Positions 34,700-64,000 of a stretch of DNA of 64,000 nucleotides are shown here, one piece after another (the first letter of the stretch is position 1; each line of letters begins with the position of its first letter). Source of the stretch: Eledone cirrhosa (Eukaryota); NCBI GenBank assembly GCA_964016885.1, contig OZ024756.1:12896001-12960000 (forward strand). Reading direction: 5' to 3'. Under the pieces are notes generated by a model, which was not told where the DNA came from, did no database searches, and worked only from the letters and a program-made list of their open reading frames with translations. The position numbers and the translations under genes were made by a program.

Positions 34700-37280
34700 T
34701 TCCTACTTCTGCAGCCATTTCATCCTGAAAGGGACATGAGGACAGAGTCCTCTTCAAACACTCCTTCCAGTGAGTCCTGTTAGAAGCAACCATCTCCAAC
34801 TGGATCCCCAAGCGGGACCAGCCAGGCTCATGGATGTTATACAACCATCTTGCTCGGCGTCCACCCTTCGGTCTCCTACCTGGTGGTTTTGACCGTAAAA
34901 TCAGTTCAGCAATTCTTTCCTGAAAGATTCTTACCCCATGCCCATAGTATCCGATCTGTGATCTCTCAATTTGTAGAAGTAGCGGCTCTTTCTGGAACGA
35001 CTCTCTGATCTCCAAGCTACACACTTTATCGAGTAACGTTACTCCAAAGACCCTTCAGAGAAATCCCATTTTGGCCACTTGTATTTGCAATTGTATTCCT
35101 TTGGTCATTACCCAAGATTCATGACCCTTAGTAAGGGATGGCACAAAAAACGAATTGAAGACAGTGATTTTAGCTTTTACACCTACCTCCCTTTTTCTGA
35201 TTAGTGAATGCCAAAGCTGATGCCGGTGCATTACTCTACCAACTTTTGCAATTCTTGCACTTAATTCAGCTTCCTGCCTTCCACTCGTGAACACGACCCC
35301 GAGGTTCTTGAACTTCTCTATCTGCTTCAATGGAACCCCATTCACATGTAGTGCACTGTGCATGCTTCCTTGAGATGACGAATGTCTCAGTTTTCGCAGC
35401 ACTGATTTACATTCCAGCCATGCAGCACTCGGCATCAAACCTTTCAAGTGCAAGTTGAAGATTATCTTGTCAAGTTAATTAACACCATGTCGTCTGCAAA
35501 TTCCAGCCGACTGATTCTCCACCTGCCAGTCATGATACCACTTCCAACCTGGCTGGCCATGTCAATCCTGTTCATGTAAATAATGAAGAGGAGCAGTGAC
35601 AGCATGCACCCTTGGCGGAGTCAGGCTCTTATATTGAATGGTTTCGATTTAGCACCATTTATCCGAACACAAATACTCAGGCATTCATATAGAGACATAA
35701 GGTTAGCAAGAAACTGACCATCAATCCCATACTCCTGCACAACCTTCCACAGCAGGTCCCGAGGAACGCAGTCATATGCCAAGAATATACTTCTTGGCAA
35801 TACGTCTAGGATTTCTCAAATACCTGCTGCAGTGTGAATATTTGGTCAGCTGTGCTGCATCCGGGACGAAAACCACTGTTCATCAGCTAACTTGGACTCG
35901 ACAATTTCACTGGATCTCTTTGCCAGACACTTAGCAGACTTTACCGGGAGCCTTAACAAGGAGATCCCTCTGTAATTGGAACAATCTCTGTAGTCTCTCT
36001 TTTTGAAAATTGGGATCATCACTCTTGATTTCCATTCGTGTGTGCTGGAAAGGCACCTATGCAATCAGCCAAAGAATACCTTCTCTATTTAGGGCAAATT
36101 TCTTCTTCCCCAGCGGCTTTGTCACATTTGAGCTCTTTAACTGCTCTTGTGACCTCAGCCTCTGAAAGATTAGTCACTGCTCCCCCTTGTGTACATCCGA
36201 AGCTGTGATCAGTAAGTATTCTCTCCACATCGCAAGGAAGTACCTCTTTGAAGAGAGGAGAACCCCCATGATGCAGTTGTGGAGGAGGGCTTCTTACAAT
36301 GAAGATGGTCTGCCAGAAAACTTTATTTGCTGATCTGAAGTTTAACCCCCAAAGTCCTCCCATGTCTGTCTCTGCTGAAATTCTTTGTGCTTGCTAGTAC
36401 TACAAGTACAAGGAGGAGGACTTATTTTCAAACCAAGCTTTGTAAGCCTCCTCCTTTGCTCGGATGGCATCTTTGACCTCTTGATTGAACGAAGGAGTCT
36501 TCCTGCCATCCAGTGCCACATCAAGCCTCTTTTGCCTGCAGCATTTATTGGCTGAGGCAAAAACTGCTGCACTGAACAATCTCCACTCCATCTTAACCCT
36601 TGAGCATTTACATTACTTCATATTTATTATTGTATTTTCACGGTAAAAGCTTTACCTCACATAATATTGAATCTGAGATTTTGATATTTATTTTGAGAAC
36701 AACATCTTAACATTGGTATGAGCGGTCACTTTGGCTGGTTTGAACAGAAAGAGGTGAGAGAATTCTCTGAATTTGGATGCAATAGTATTTGCATACCTGG
36801 TCTTGACTTCCTTACCCACCAATGCTTCCCACTATATCCTGCAGGTCACCCTGGACCTGCCAGTTTTGTGGGCTTCCTTGGCTTTAGTTAGTCTCAAGTT
36901 GCAGATAACTAGATGGTAATCAGTTGACAGCTCAGCCCCCTTGCTTAACACGAACGTCCAGCACAGAATTGAAGAGATCAGAGACAATAACAAAATCAAT
37001 TATTGATCTCTATCCCTGTGCTGGTAGAAGGTGTTTATAATAGAGTCCATTGCTAGAACAGAAGTCCAGCAAGGCCTCTCCTTTCATATTTAGATCAGGG
37101 TCGCCATTCCTGCCAATCAGTCCTTTCCATGTCAGGTGGTCAGTGCCAACATGAGCATTGAAGTCTACCATCAGGATATATGACTCGGTCATAACTACAT
37201 CTAACGCTGCAGTGACTTCATCAATTTGGAGTCCTTGTTTGGTGCATAAACTTGCACTACCCACAGAGACCTATCTTTCA
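34700..37280 (-). mobile_element. Decayed RTE-clade LINE (APE endonuclease and RT), interrupted by piggyBac MITE copy C at 36597-36768
   Basis: ILMVDFNAHVG..IGRNG..LLDFCSSNGL (APE); KAAGEEEI, PIFKKRDYRDCSNYRGISLL (RT N-terminus); GRRPKGGRRARW C-terminus; multiple frameshifts. Confidence 0.88.
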
Positions 37281-37891
37281 GCCTAAGCTTTAAGAGGCAA
37301 ATCCTCCCTCCTAAATTGTATATATTTTCTGAAGATTTGTTGAGTAAAAGTGTTTTGCAAGGGAGTAATTGGACGAATTAGTATCTCTAAAGAGCTCTTG
37401 TAGACCCTGCAACATAACTTAATGATGAAACACTTGTTAGAAAGTATAATTAAATGAGTTTTTCTAATCATGCGTTGTCTATTTTTCCTAACAAATTGAT
37501 TTATACATACACCACCAATTATTGGAACCTGTAAAATACCTATGGATGATCACCTGGAATATTATATTGCAGGAAACTATTCGGTAAGCTGCTTCTTCAT
37601 TAACAGTTGCATAATCACTTCACAAGTTTAATTTTTACCTACGAAAATTGAAAACTGCCATATCTTGTGTGTGTGTGTGTATATATATATATATACACAT
37701 ACATGTGCATAGATGTACAATGTTTTGCAATAGACATTTTTGCAAGGAGCAAAATAATGACAAAGTTAGCAGATAACGTGAAAACCACTTCCCTGTTTTT
37801 AGGTTTAGACATTTATGTCTCTTGAAAAAGACTCCACCCTGGGTGTCATTGAAGGTGTGAAGAAAGAAAAATAGTAATTATGATGCTTATT

Positions 37892-37922
<31 letters not shown>

Positions 37923-38699
37923 GACATTTTAATTTTAGAAGTTAGGGAAAAGCAACCATATTTCCAATTCCAGATTCAGTAATTTATTATTATGAATGTC
38001 CCAGTGACTGAGGTGGGGTGGAAGTCAGGAACTTCTGTTAAATCTGGAGGTAAAGGGTGGGGTGGGGTGGGGTGAAAAGCAGCCAACAAATTGGAACAAC
38101 AAACAAAGCAATGATTAGCAGATGTAGCCAAGAAGTGTAGCATTAGCAACTTTGTATGATACAACATTGGATGGCATAGCAAATGACAGATGTGAGTAGG
38201 TTGGAGGCTTCAAGAACCCCTCCCATCCTAAAAGATTGTGTGTGTAGCTGGTTGGATTATCAACAGACTGACCTCTCTCTTCTACATTTATAATGAATGA
38301 AAATCTAGAATTGGATTGTTCAAAATTGATTTTTATTTTATATACATGTGTGTGTGTGTGTGTTTAAAGTAAAAGTTTAAAATAAAAATGTTTTTAAATG
38401 ATGAAAGCCAAAAGAAAATCATCAAAGCTAGAGTATTGTTGGCGAATAGTTTTAATGGCATATGTTGTATAGTTTTAATGAGAGTATGTTATTGTATAGC
38501 TTTAATGAGAGTATGTTGTAAAGTTTTATGCTTGGCCAATTTCTTTCACATCATTTTTTTTGACAAATGCATTTGTAATGAAACAATGATGACAGCAAAA
38601 ATTAGCAAATAATCAGAATGACACGGACAAACAGACAGACAAAGAAATAAAAGGTCTGAACGCTGTGTTATCAGCCAACACACAAAATTATCAGATTAA

Positions 38700-38906
38700 C
38701 CCTTTAGCATTTAAATTACTCTATATTTACTACATATTTTCACAGTAAAGGCTTTATCTCGCATAATATCAAATCTTTGAGATTTTAATATTATTTATTT
38801 TGAGAACAATACCTTAACATCAGTATGAGGAGCCAATTATGGCTGGTTTGAAAAGAAAGAGATAAGAGAATTCTGGCTGGATGCGGCTGGTTTAAATGCT
38901 AAAGGG
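38700..38906 (-). mobile_element. piggyBac-type MITE copy D (cleanest), 207 bp
   Basis: TTAA|CCCTTTAGCATTTAAA ... TTTAAATGCTAAAGGG|TTAA: a perfect 16-bp TIR and a TTAA duplication. Confidence 0.9.
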
Positions 38907-40742
38907 TTAAAGAAGCTCCAGTATTTTAGGTGTTCTCCAGTGGAATCTATGCTTTCCAGTCAAACAGAGATGGATCTAGTATAAAACAAAATTTTGTACC
39001 AGTTTCTATATAAGCAGTGTGTCTCCATGTGTATGTCTGTATGTGCACCAGCCCATTTCACCTTGAGCAATTGTCTTCTATGCTACCCTCATGGAAGCCA
39101 GACATATTAGCCTTTAGCACACTGAATTGCTTCCCTTGACACCGCATTATGTATTAAAGGGAGATTACTCTATTGGCAACATAAGGCACCTAGAGCACCC
39201 AGAAGATTAAGTGCAGTTGGAATTAAAATAGACCCACCTTTGTCACACTGATTCTGCCTAAGAAATTATATTTCAGATAGAAATGTGTGGAATACTCAGA
39301 CTCTTTACCTGATAATTTACACCTGAGTTGAATGAACAACAGGAATGCTCATCAGGTAGCATGTTTACACAAATGCATCAAAAAGTGCAAGTAAATGTTT
39401 GTAGCATTTGTATGTCTGTGTGCATGCAATTTCAGCTATAGATGTTGGAGTATTCTGTGTACGATAGTGAAGACATGTCTGCTTATACATACTGGAGGGC
39501 ACGAAAATGAGAACACCTCCCTCTCGAAAAAAAAAAGATGGAAAATTTTTTAAGCAGCTGTTCTTCTTGGTGGAGAAACAAAGTGAAGATTCCCAATCTA
39601 ACCCGAAACACTGTATAAGCAGTTTCTGAAGAGCTAGATTGTGTGAGGAGGGAAACAGGATGAAATTAATATACAAAATATTTTGAAGAACTGACCCAAA
39701 ATAAATCAGAAATTGAAGGCAAATCAGTTTGATTTAATGTAAAGATTAAAATAAAATATTTTTTTAAAAATTGAAAATGAAGTTGAGCTGCTGAAGACAA
39801 ACAATAGAATGAAAAAAAAATAATGTTAAGTAGGAGAGGGATGTAACTATTGGAGGGAGAATTGGGTGGAGTTTAAATGAGATTTTAAAAAAGTATGAGA
39901 TAATAAAGATTTACTGAATGAAGAAATAAATGCAGAAACTGGTGTTCCTTCCCCACCCCGTTCTCATTTAATTGCTCATTTGTAGAACCAAGCGATTCTG
40001 AATATGGTGAGATATATATCCACCAGGAAAAGAAATTTCATTTTGGAGGGAAATGTTTTCTTAATTTTACATTATATTTTTTTTTTTATATTGACAGGGA
40101 AAAATAGGGACATCAATTTTTTCGAGAGGTGTAGGACATGGAAGAGGAAATGTTAACAACCACTGTTGTAAATATTAGTAGCATATGAAACGCTTCAGAC
40201 AAGACACACACACACAGTAGTGATATTTCTGTAGAGAACACAACAAGCATGGAAAGCAGAGGTAGACAAGAAGAGGGGAAGGAAGGGAGGGGCAGTGAAT
40301 GAAATATGTTTCTTAAACAGTCTTTCTTTCTTTCCAATATGTAGTATTTTGATTTCAAGAACCATTTCAAATAGTTTGTCTTCAAAACTTTGGTAAAAAG
40401 CAGAACTTCAAGTTAGTCTCTACTGTCCACCCCCACCATTTCTGTCGCTGTTTTTTTTTTCTTTTTTACTTTTTTTTTTTTTTAATAGTTTTAGTTTCAA
40501 ATATTTTTCTACACCAACACTATGCTGAGTGTGTGAGAGAGTGTATATACTGTATGTGAGTGTTGAGTGTGTAATATGGGAGAGATAGTGAATGTATGTG
40601 TGTATGCTGTGTGTGAAAGAATGACAGAATCAATGATCAAGTGTTTGTGCATGTGTATTTTTCTACACCAACAGTGTTGAGTGTGTAACATGGGGGGAAA
40701 GAGAGTGTGTATGTATGTAATATGACAGAGAGAGAAAGAGAG

Positions 40743-40786
<44 letters not shown>

Positions 40787-41090
40787 CAGTGTGTGAAAAA
40801 ATGACAGAAACAATGATTACGTGTTTGTGTATAAAAAAGAGAGAAAGAGGCAGACAGAGGGATACTTAGAGAGTGTGAGAGATATGACTGTCTGTTTATA
40901 AAGTTTGAAATATTTACGTATGTGTGTGTGTGGGTGAATGGAGGCTAAGATGAAGACAAGTGAGAAAGAAAGGTGGAAGAGGGGGACATTATTATTATCA
41001 TCATCATCATCGTTATAGGAACTGCTGCAGCACTGATGTCCCCCTGCCCTTTCTAGACAACATCAACGAAATAACACACACAACAACAGA

Positions 41091-56451
<15,361 letters not shown>

Positions 56452-56849
56452 TTACACGAGACAGCCTGAAATGAATGAAAGATAACCACATTTAATTCCA
56501 TTATTTATCACCAATTTTGGGCTCTCATTCAAGGTATTAATTCAAAAGACAAACAGAACCTAGTCTCAATAAAATCATATTCAAAAGACAAACAGAACCT
56601 AGTCTCAATAAAATCATATTCAAAACCCCACACAATTTGTTATTGATATCTACAAATGTTAGTGCATGTCGGAAATTGGTAGAATACTGGAGGAAAAAAG
56701 CAACAATGTCTCTTTACACTGAGGGTTTAATTCATGCCTTCTGTCCAGCTTTTAGCATCAAAACAACAGAATCCTTCCAGTTAATGGGGTTAACTTAAAA
56801 GCCTGTGAAATATTGTGCTAATGTTAAAACCTATGACTAGACATTACAA

Positions 56850-58300
56850 TAGTAAAGTGGCCATGTACGTGTCACGACAAAAAGCACCCAACCCACACAG
56901 TAAAGTGGTCATGTAGGTGTCACAACAAAAAGTACCCAGTACTCACTGTAAATGAAGTTGCCATTAGGAAGGGCATCCAGCTGTAGAAACTAAGCCAGAA
57001 TCAGTTCTGTATGAGCAAAACATGGTATTCTGACCTGGCATTGCTTACAACAGGACAACTCGTCTAACCCATGCTAGTGTGCACATGGGGCTCCTGTACG
57101 CAGATGATTTTACACTCTTAGCAGAATCTACAGTAGAATTAAAGAAGAAATCCCAAACATGGAAGCAGGGCCTACAAACAAAGGGTCTTAAAGTCAACCT
57201 GACAGATCTTAGTAAGTAGAAGAGAAAACAGAACCCCGATCCCCTTAGGGAAATGGCCTTTCTCAGTATGAAGGAAAGGTATAGGTAGAAATATCCTTTG
57301 CTCCAAATGTAAACTATGGGTACATAAGAGATGTAGTGAGATCTCAGGAAGTTTAGCTAAGAATGTAAGCAGCAAACGGCCACAGGAAACAAGCGCTATC
57401 AAATTCCGGGAAGGCTCGGTAGAAACAGACTGCTTCTTGTACTTAGGTGACCAAATTAGCAGCAGAAGTGGGTGTTCTGAAAATACGGTAGTCAGAGTGA
57501 GAATAGAATGGAAGTTTAGGGAGCTACTACCACTGCTAGCTACAAAAAACTTTCCCCTCAAAATGAAAATGAAAGGCAGACTGTACGATGCGTGCATATG
57601 AACAGCAATATTGCACGATAGTGAGACCTGGGCGCTGCTGTGTGCAGAAGACTTTGCGTAGATTGGAATGAAATGAAGCTTGCATGCTCCGATGGATGTG
57701 TTATAGTAAAATACGTGAACAGCAAATCATAAACAAACAGAGAAACTAGGCATAAAAGCAATCAGATGCAGAGGAGATTACATTGGTATGGGCATGTGAT
57801 ATGTACGAAGGATGACAGCTACATAAAAAGGTGCAGAGTGCTCAAAGTCGATGGAAGCCTTGGAGTGGGGAGACCTAGGAAGATTTGGTACGAGGTGATA
57901 AAAGCTGACCTTGCCCAATTGCTCCTCTCACAGACGATAAAGAACTGAGATTTCTGGCGTTATGCAATAATACAGAAGACCCGGCTTCCCACGGGCACAG
58001 GCTAAAGCTGAAGCATACATATAGTATTCACCACCCCACTCTCCATGAGGACAGGCCGAAGTATCTTGTGAAGTCTCCAGCCGACACTGTAAAGTGGTCG
58101 TGTAGGTGTGTCACAACAGAAAGCACCCAGTACTCATTGTAAATGAGATTGGCATTAGGAAGGGCATCCAGCTGTAGAAACCAAGCCAAAATCAGTTCTG
58201 TATAAGCAAGACGTGGTCACCTGACCTAGCATTGCTCACAACAGGACAACTCGTCTGACCCATGCTAGGATGGATAAATGAATGTTAAGCGGTGATGATG
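56850..58300 (+). mobile_element. RTE-like LINE fragment (57085-57990) bracketed by two copies of the aggaagggcatccagctgtagaaa tail repeat
   Basis: WGLLYADD..GLKVNL..GKWPFSV..CSKCKLWVHKRCS..RRLHWYGHV..GRPRKIW; direct repeats at about 56850-57080 and 58085-58295. Confidence 0.75.
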
Positions 58301-58329
58301 ATATATATATATATATATATATATATGCA

Positions 58330-58550
58330 GGGGCCGACCGTTGACGAAATAATATCATACATCAAATCAGCCCCCTGTATCAAGAAAAGTAAACATTTTC
58401 CAAATTTAAAGGGTTTTTATATATTTGATTGTTTTAAAGGTTTACTGTTTGAGGAGCTCAGGCTGTTAAAACTGACTGTCCTCAGGAAATGTACATTATG
58501 AATTGTAATAAATGAAAACCAAATGAATACGAGCTCAGATTTCTATTGAT
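58330..58550 (+). mobile_element. Repeat related to 6064-6230 with a degenerate hammerhead-like motif, between (TA)n runs
   Basis: ACTGT-TTGAGGA-GCTCAGGCTG..GTCCTCAG-GAAA-TGTACA-TT at 58444-58497. Confidence 0.5.
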
Positions 58551-58556
58551 ATATAT

Positions 58557-58603
<47 letters not shown>

Positions 58604-59393
58604 CACATGTATTATTTACATTACCACGTTGGGCAGAAGCTGTATATTTGACCATTTTTGCACCTGTTCTAACAACTAAGTCCCCCAGCTAAACAAAATT
58701 AACAGGTGTAAACTCATGATTCCTGTGTGTGTGTGTATGTATGTTGAGAGAGTGATGAGTGATAGAGCGAGTGAGAGAGTGAGCGAGTGAGTGATAGAGA
58801 GAGAGAGAGAGAGAATGGCTGTTTACATAGTAAAGAAAAAAAGGTGGGGTTATAATAATAATAATCTAACTTATGTGTGTTTTAGTAAACACAGATTTTC
58901 GCTTTGCTGTGAAAATCAGACATTGATTAACTCTTAACGTCCTGTACCACATTAGCAATACAGTCTGGAAAAGTACAAAACAGCACTATGACTACATCAC
59001 CTTAAATATTAGTCTTTAGTATACTTTTACTGCAAACTTTCACAAACTTGTCTAATAGTAAAGATATTATAAACATTTGAATTAACAAATCGCGTTTAAA
59101 AAAAAAAAAAGATATTTTCTGCTAAACCATTACAGGAGTTAAATAACAACCATACATATACAGTGTAGCTCCAGCATTCGCGGAATTTACCTTAGAACCT
59201 AACAAACAATTGTTTGTGGAAACCACCGCATATTCGCGGAATCGTAAATATCTCCGCGATTGTTTTTTTGTCTTTTTGCAAGACAATATTTATTTTTTCA
59301 CGCTCTTTAACGCTAAATTATTAATAACTAGCTGGCCCGTCCGGCTAGGCATACTTGCCCCCACCACTCCACTGCAAAGATACTACACACCCT

Positions 59394-59593
59394 NNNNNNN
59401 NNNNNNNNNNNNNNNNNNNNNNNNNNNNNNNNNNNNNNNNNNNNNNNNNNNNNNNNNNNNNNNNNNNNNNNNNNNNNNNNNNNNNNNNNNNNNNNNNNNN
59501 NNNNNNNNNNNNNNNNNNNNNNNNNNNNNNNNNNNNNNNNNNNNNNNNNNNNNNNNNNNNNNNNNNNNNNNNNNNNNNNNNNNNNNNNNNNNN
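59394..59593. other. Assembly gap (200 N)
   Basis: Run of n characters. Confidence 1.
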
Positions 59594-62500
59594 CACTTCC
59601 ACTTGCCCTCCCATCTGTAATCCCACACCCCCTCTACAACACTTCCACTGCCCCCTCCCCTCCTGTAATCCACACCCCCTCTACACACTTCCACTTGCCC
59701 TCCCCCCTGTAATAACACCCCTCTACACACTTCCACTTGCCCTCCCCCCTGTAATCAACACCCCTCTACCACACTTCCACTTGCCCCTCCCCCCTGTAAT
59801 CAACACCCTCTTACACACTTCCACTTGCCCCTCCCCTCTGTAATCCACACCCCCATCTCACGACACTTCCACTTGCCCTCCCCTCTGTAATCCACACCCC
59901 CTCTACACACTTCCACTTGCCCCTCCCCTCTGTAATCACACCCCCTCTACACACTTCCACTTGCCCCTCCCCCCTGTAATCAACACCCCCTCTACACACT
60001 TCCACTTGCCCCTCCCCTCCTGTAATCAACACCCCTCTACACACTTCCACTTGCCCCTCCCCTCTGTAATCACACCCCTCTACACACTTCCACTTGCCCC
60101 TCCCCCTGTAATCAACACCCCTCTACACACTTCCACTTGCCCCTCCCCCTGTAATCAACACCCCCTCTACACACTTCCACTTGCCCCTCCCCCCTGTAAT
60201 CAACACCCCTCTACACACTTCCACTTGCCCCTCCCCCCTGTAATCAACACCCCTCTACACACTTCACTTGCCCCTCCCCTCTGTAATCAACACCCCTCTA
60301 CACACTTCACTTGCCCCTCCCCTCTGTAATCAACACCCCTCTACACACTTCCACTTGCCCTCCCCCCTGTAATCAACACCCCTCTACACACTTCCACTTG
60401 CCCCTCCCCCCTGTAATCAACACCCCTCTACACACTTCCACTTGCCCCTCCCCTCTGTAATCAACACCCCTCTACACACTTCACTTGCCCCTCCCCCCTG
60501 TAATCAACACCCCTCTACACACTTCACTTGCCCCTCCCCCTGTAATCAACACCCCCTCTACACACTTCCACTTGCCCCTCCCCCCTGTAATCAACACCCC
60601 TCTACACACTTCCACTTGCCCCTCCCCTCTGTAATCAACACCCCCTCTACACACTTCACTTGCCCCTCCCCTCTGTAATCAACACCCCCTCTACACACTT
60701 CCACTTGCCCCTCCCCTCTGTAATCAACACCCCCTCTACACACTTCCACTTGCCCCTCCCCTCTGTAATCAACACCCCCTCTACACACTTCACTTGCCCC
60801 TCCCCTCTGTAATCAACACCCCCTCTACACACTTCACTTGCCCCTCCCCTCTGTAATCACACCCCCTCTACACACTTCACTTGCCCCTCCCCCCTGTAAT
60901 CAACACCCCCTCTACACACTTCCACTTGCCCCTCCCCTCTGTAATCAACACCCCCTCTACACACTTCCACTTGCCCCTCCCCTCTGTAATCAACACCCCC
61001 TCTACACACTTCCACTTGCCCCTCCCCCTCTGTAATCCACACCCCCTCTACACACTTCCACTTGCCCCTCCCCTCTGTAATCCACACCCCCTCTACACAC
61101 TTCCACTTGCCCCTCCCCTCTGTAATCCACACCCCCTCTACACACTTCACTTGCCCCTCCCCTCTGTAATCAACACCCCCTCTACACACTTCACTTGCCC
61201 CTCCCCCCTGTAATCAACACCCCCTCTACACACTTCACTTGCCCCTCCCCCCTGTAATCAACACCCCCTCTACACACTTCCACTTGCCCCTCCCCTCTGT
61301 AATCAACACCCCCTCTACACACTTCCACTTGCCCCTCCCCTCTGTAATCCACACCCCCTCTACACACTTCCACTTGCCCCTCCCCCCTGTAATCCACACC
61401 CCTCTACACACTTCCACTTGCCCCTCCCCCCTGTAATCCACACCCCTCTACACACTTCCACTTGCCCCTCCCCCCTGTAATCAACACCCCTCTACACACT
61501 TCACTTGCCCCTCCCCCCTGTAATCAACACCCCTCTACACACTTCACTTGCCCCTCCCCCCTGTAATCAACACCCCCTCTACACACTTCACTTGCCCCTC
61601 CCCCCTGTAATCAACACCCCTCTACACACTTCACTTGCCCCTCCCCCCTGTAATCCACACCCCCTCTACACACTTCCACTTGCCCCTCCCCCCTGTAATC
61701 CACACCCCCTCTACACACTTCCACTTGCCCCTCCCCCCTGTAATCCACACCCCCTCTACACACTTCACTTGCCCCCTCCTCCCCCCCTGTAATCAACACC
61801 CCCTCTACACACTTCCACTTGCCCCTCCCCCCTGTAATCAACACCCCCTCTACACACTTCACTTGCCCCTCCCCTCTGTAATCAACACCCCCTCTACACA
61901 CTTCCACTTGCCCCTCCCCCCTGTAATCAACACCCCTCTACACACTTCACTTGCCCCTCCCCCTGTAATCAACACCCCTCTACACACTTCACTTGCCCCT
62001 CCCCCCTGTAATCAACACCCCCTCTACACACTTCCACTTGCCCCTCCCCCCTGTAATCCACACCCCTCTACACACTTCACTTGCCCCTCCCCCCTGTAAT
62101 CAACACCCCCTCTACACACTTCCACTTGCCCCTCCCCCCTGTAATCACACCCCTCTACACACTTCACTTGCCCCTCCCCCCTGTAATCAACACCCCCTCT
62201 ACACACTTCCACTTGCCCCTCCCCCCTGTAATCCACACCCCCTCTACACACTTCACTTGCCCCTCCCCCCTGTAATCAACACCCCCTCTACACACTTCCA
62301 CTTGCCCCTCCCCCCTGTAATCCACACCCCCTCTACACACTTCACTTGCCCCTCCCCCCTGTAATCAACACCCCCTCTACACACTTCCACTTGCCCCTCC
62401 CCCCTGTAATCACACCCCTCTACACACTTCACTTGCCCCTCCCCCCTGTAATCAACACCCCTCTACACACTTCACTTGCCCCTCCCCCCTGTAATCAACA

Positions 62501-64000
62501 CCCCCTCTACACACTTCACTTGCCCCTCCCCCCTGTAATCAACACCCCCTCTACACACTTCCACTTGCCCCTCCCCCCTGTAATCCACACCCCTCTACAC
62601 ACTTCCACTTGCCCCTCCCCCCTGTAATCCACACCCCCTCTACACACTTCACTTGCCCATCCCCCCTGTAATCAACACCCCCTCTACACACTTCCACTTG
62701 CCCCTCCCCTCTGTAATCAACACCCCCTCTACACACTTCCACTTGCCCCTCCCCCCTGTAATCCACACCCCCTCTACACACTTCCACTTGCCCCTCCCCT
62801 CTGTAATCAACACCCCCTCTACACACTTCCACTTGCCCCTCCCCCCTGTAATCCACACCCCCTCTACACACTTCCACTTGCCCCTCCCCTCTGTAATCAA
62901 CACCCCCTCTACACACTTCCACTTGCCCCTCCCCCCTGTAATCCACACCCCCTCTACACACTTCCACTTGCCCCTCCCCCCTGTAATCAACACCCCCTCT
63001 ACACACTTCCACTTGCCCCTCCCCCCTGTAATCCACACCCCCTCTACACACTTCCACTTGCCCCTCCCCTCTGTAATCAACACCCCCTCTACACACTTCC
63101 ACTTGCCCCTCCCCCTGTAATCCACACCCCCTCTACACACTTCCACTTGCCCCTCCCCTCTGTAATCCACACCCCCTCTACACACTTCCACTTGCCCCTC
63201 CCCCCTGTAATCCACACCCCCTCTACACACTTCCACTTGCCCCTCCCCCCTGTAATCCACACCCCCTCTACACACTTCCACTTGCCCCTCCCCCCTGTAA
63301 TCCACACCCCCTCTACACACTTCACTTGCCCCTCCCCCCTGTAATCAACACCCCCTCTACACACTTCCACTTGCCCCTCCCCTCTGTAATCCACACCCCC
63401 TCTACACACTTCACTTGCCCCTCCCCCCTGTAATCCACACCCCCTCTACACACTTCCACTTGCCCCTCCCCCCTGTAATCCACACCCCCTCTACACACTT
63501 CCACTTGCCCCTCCCCTCTGTAATCAACACCCCCTCTACACACTTCCACTTGCCCCTCCCCCCTGTAATCCACACCCCCTCTACACACTTCACTTGCCCC
63601 TCCCCCCTGTAATCCACACCCCCTCTACACACTTCACTTGCCCCTCCCCCCTGTAATCCACACCCCCTCTACACACTTCACTTGCCCCTCCCCCCTGTAA
63701 TCAACACCCCCTCTACACACTTCACTTGCCCCTCCCCCCTGTAATCCACACCCCCTCTACACACTTCCACTTGCCCCTCCCCCCTGTAATCCACACCCCC
63801 TCTACACACTTCACTTGCCCCTCCCCCCTGTAATCCACACCCCCTCTACACACTTCACTTGCCCCTCCCCTCTGTAATCAACACCCCCTCTACACACTTC
63901 CACTTGCCCCTCCCCTCTGTAATCAACACCCCCTCTACACACTTCACTTGCCCCTCCCCTCTGTAATCCACACCCCCTCTACACACTTCCACTTGCCCCT
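59594..64000. repeat. C-rich minisatellite, 43-45-bp unit, about 100 copies, runs off the right edge
   Basis: Unit tgtaatcaacaccccctctacacacttccacttgcccctcccccc with variable C-run lengths. Confidence 0.97.

Noticed and set aside
56539-56622. 39-bp direct duplication near the Smad acceptor (and a 26-bp one at about 14322-14373)
   Set aside because: Simple local two-copy duplications with no further structure.
59594-64000. Many Pro/His-rich or Gly/Val-rich repetitive ORFs
   Set aside because: Translations of the tandem repeat in several frames on both strands, broken by C-run indels.

Overview
AT-rich, intron- and repeat-rich animal genomic DNA, not prokaryotic. The SINE/LINE content and (TA)n density suggest a mollusc, probably an octopus (inference). 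Three protein-coding genes were reconstructed by hand from splice sites: (1) the 47-nt first coding exon of a kinesin-3 (STARD9/KIF16-like) on the minus strand at the left edge; (2) a TATDN2-like TatD nuclease on the plus strand (five firm exons 16064-32442 plus a candidate first exon at 9666-9712, about 662 aa); (3) a complete five-coding-exon BMP-type R-Smad (Smad1/5/8, 463 aa) on the minus strand, 41091-56448, convergent with the TatD gene. About 19 kb consists of four large minisatellites (47, 42, 22/24 and about 44 bp units). The rest is decayed mobile DNA: Tx1/L1, RTE, CR1, CRE, Penelope-like, Gypsy, Helitron, Tc1/mariner, hAT MITEs, a piggyBac-type TTAA MITE (8 copies) and two tRNA-derived SINE families. 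Highlights: an apparently intact minimal type I hammerhead ribozyme (5568-5622, minus) with degenerate relatives; a Tx1 LINE and a SINE that share a 3' tail and are chained through (ATT)n; a MITE caught turning into a minisatellite; and candidate alternative N-termini for the TatD protein. There is no CRISPR array. A 200-N assembly gap lies at 59394-59593.
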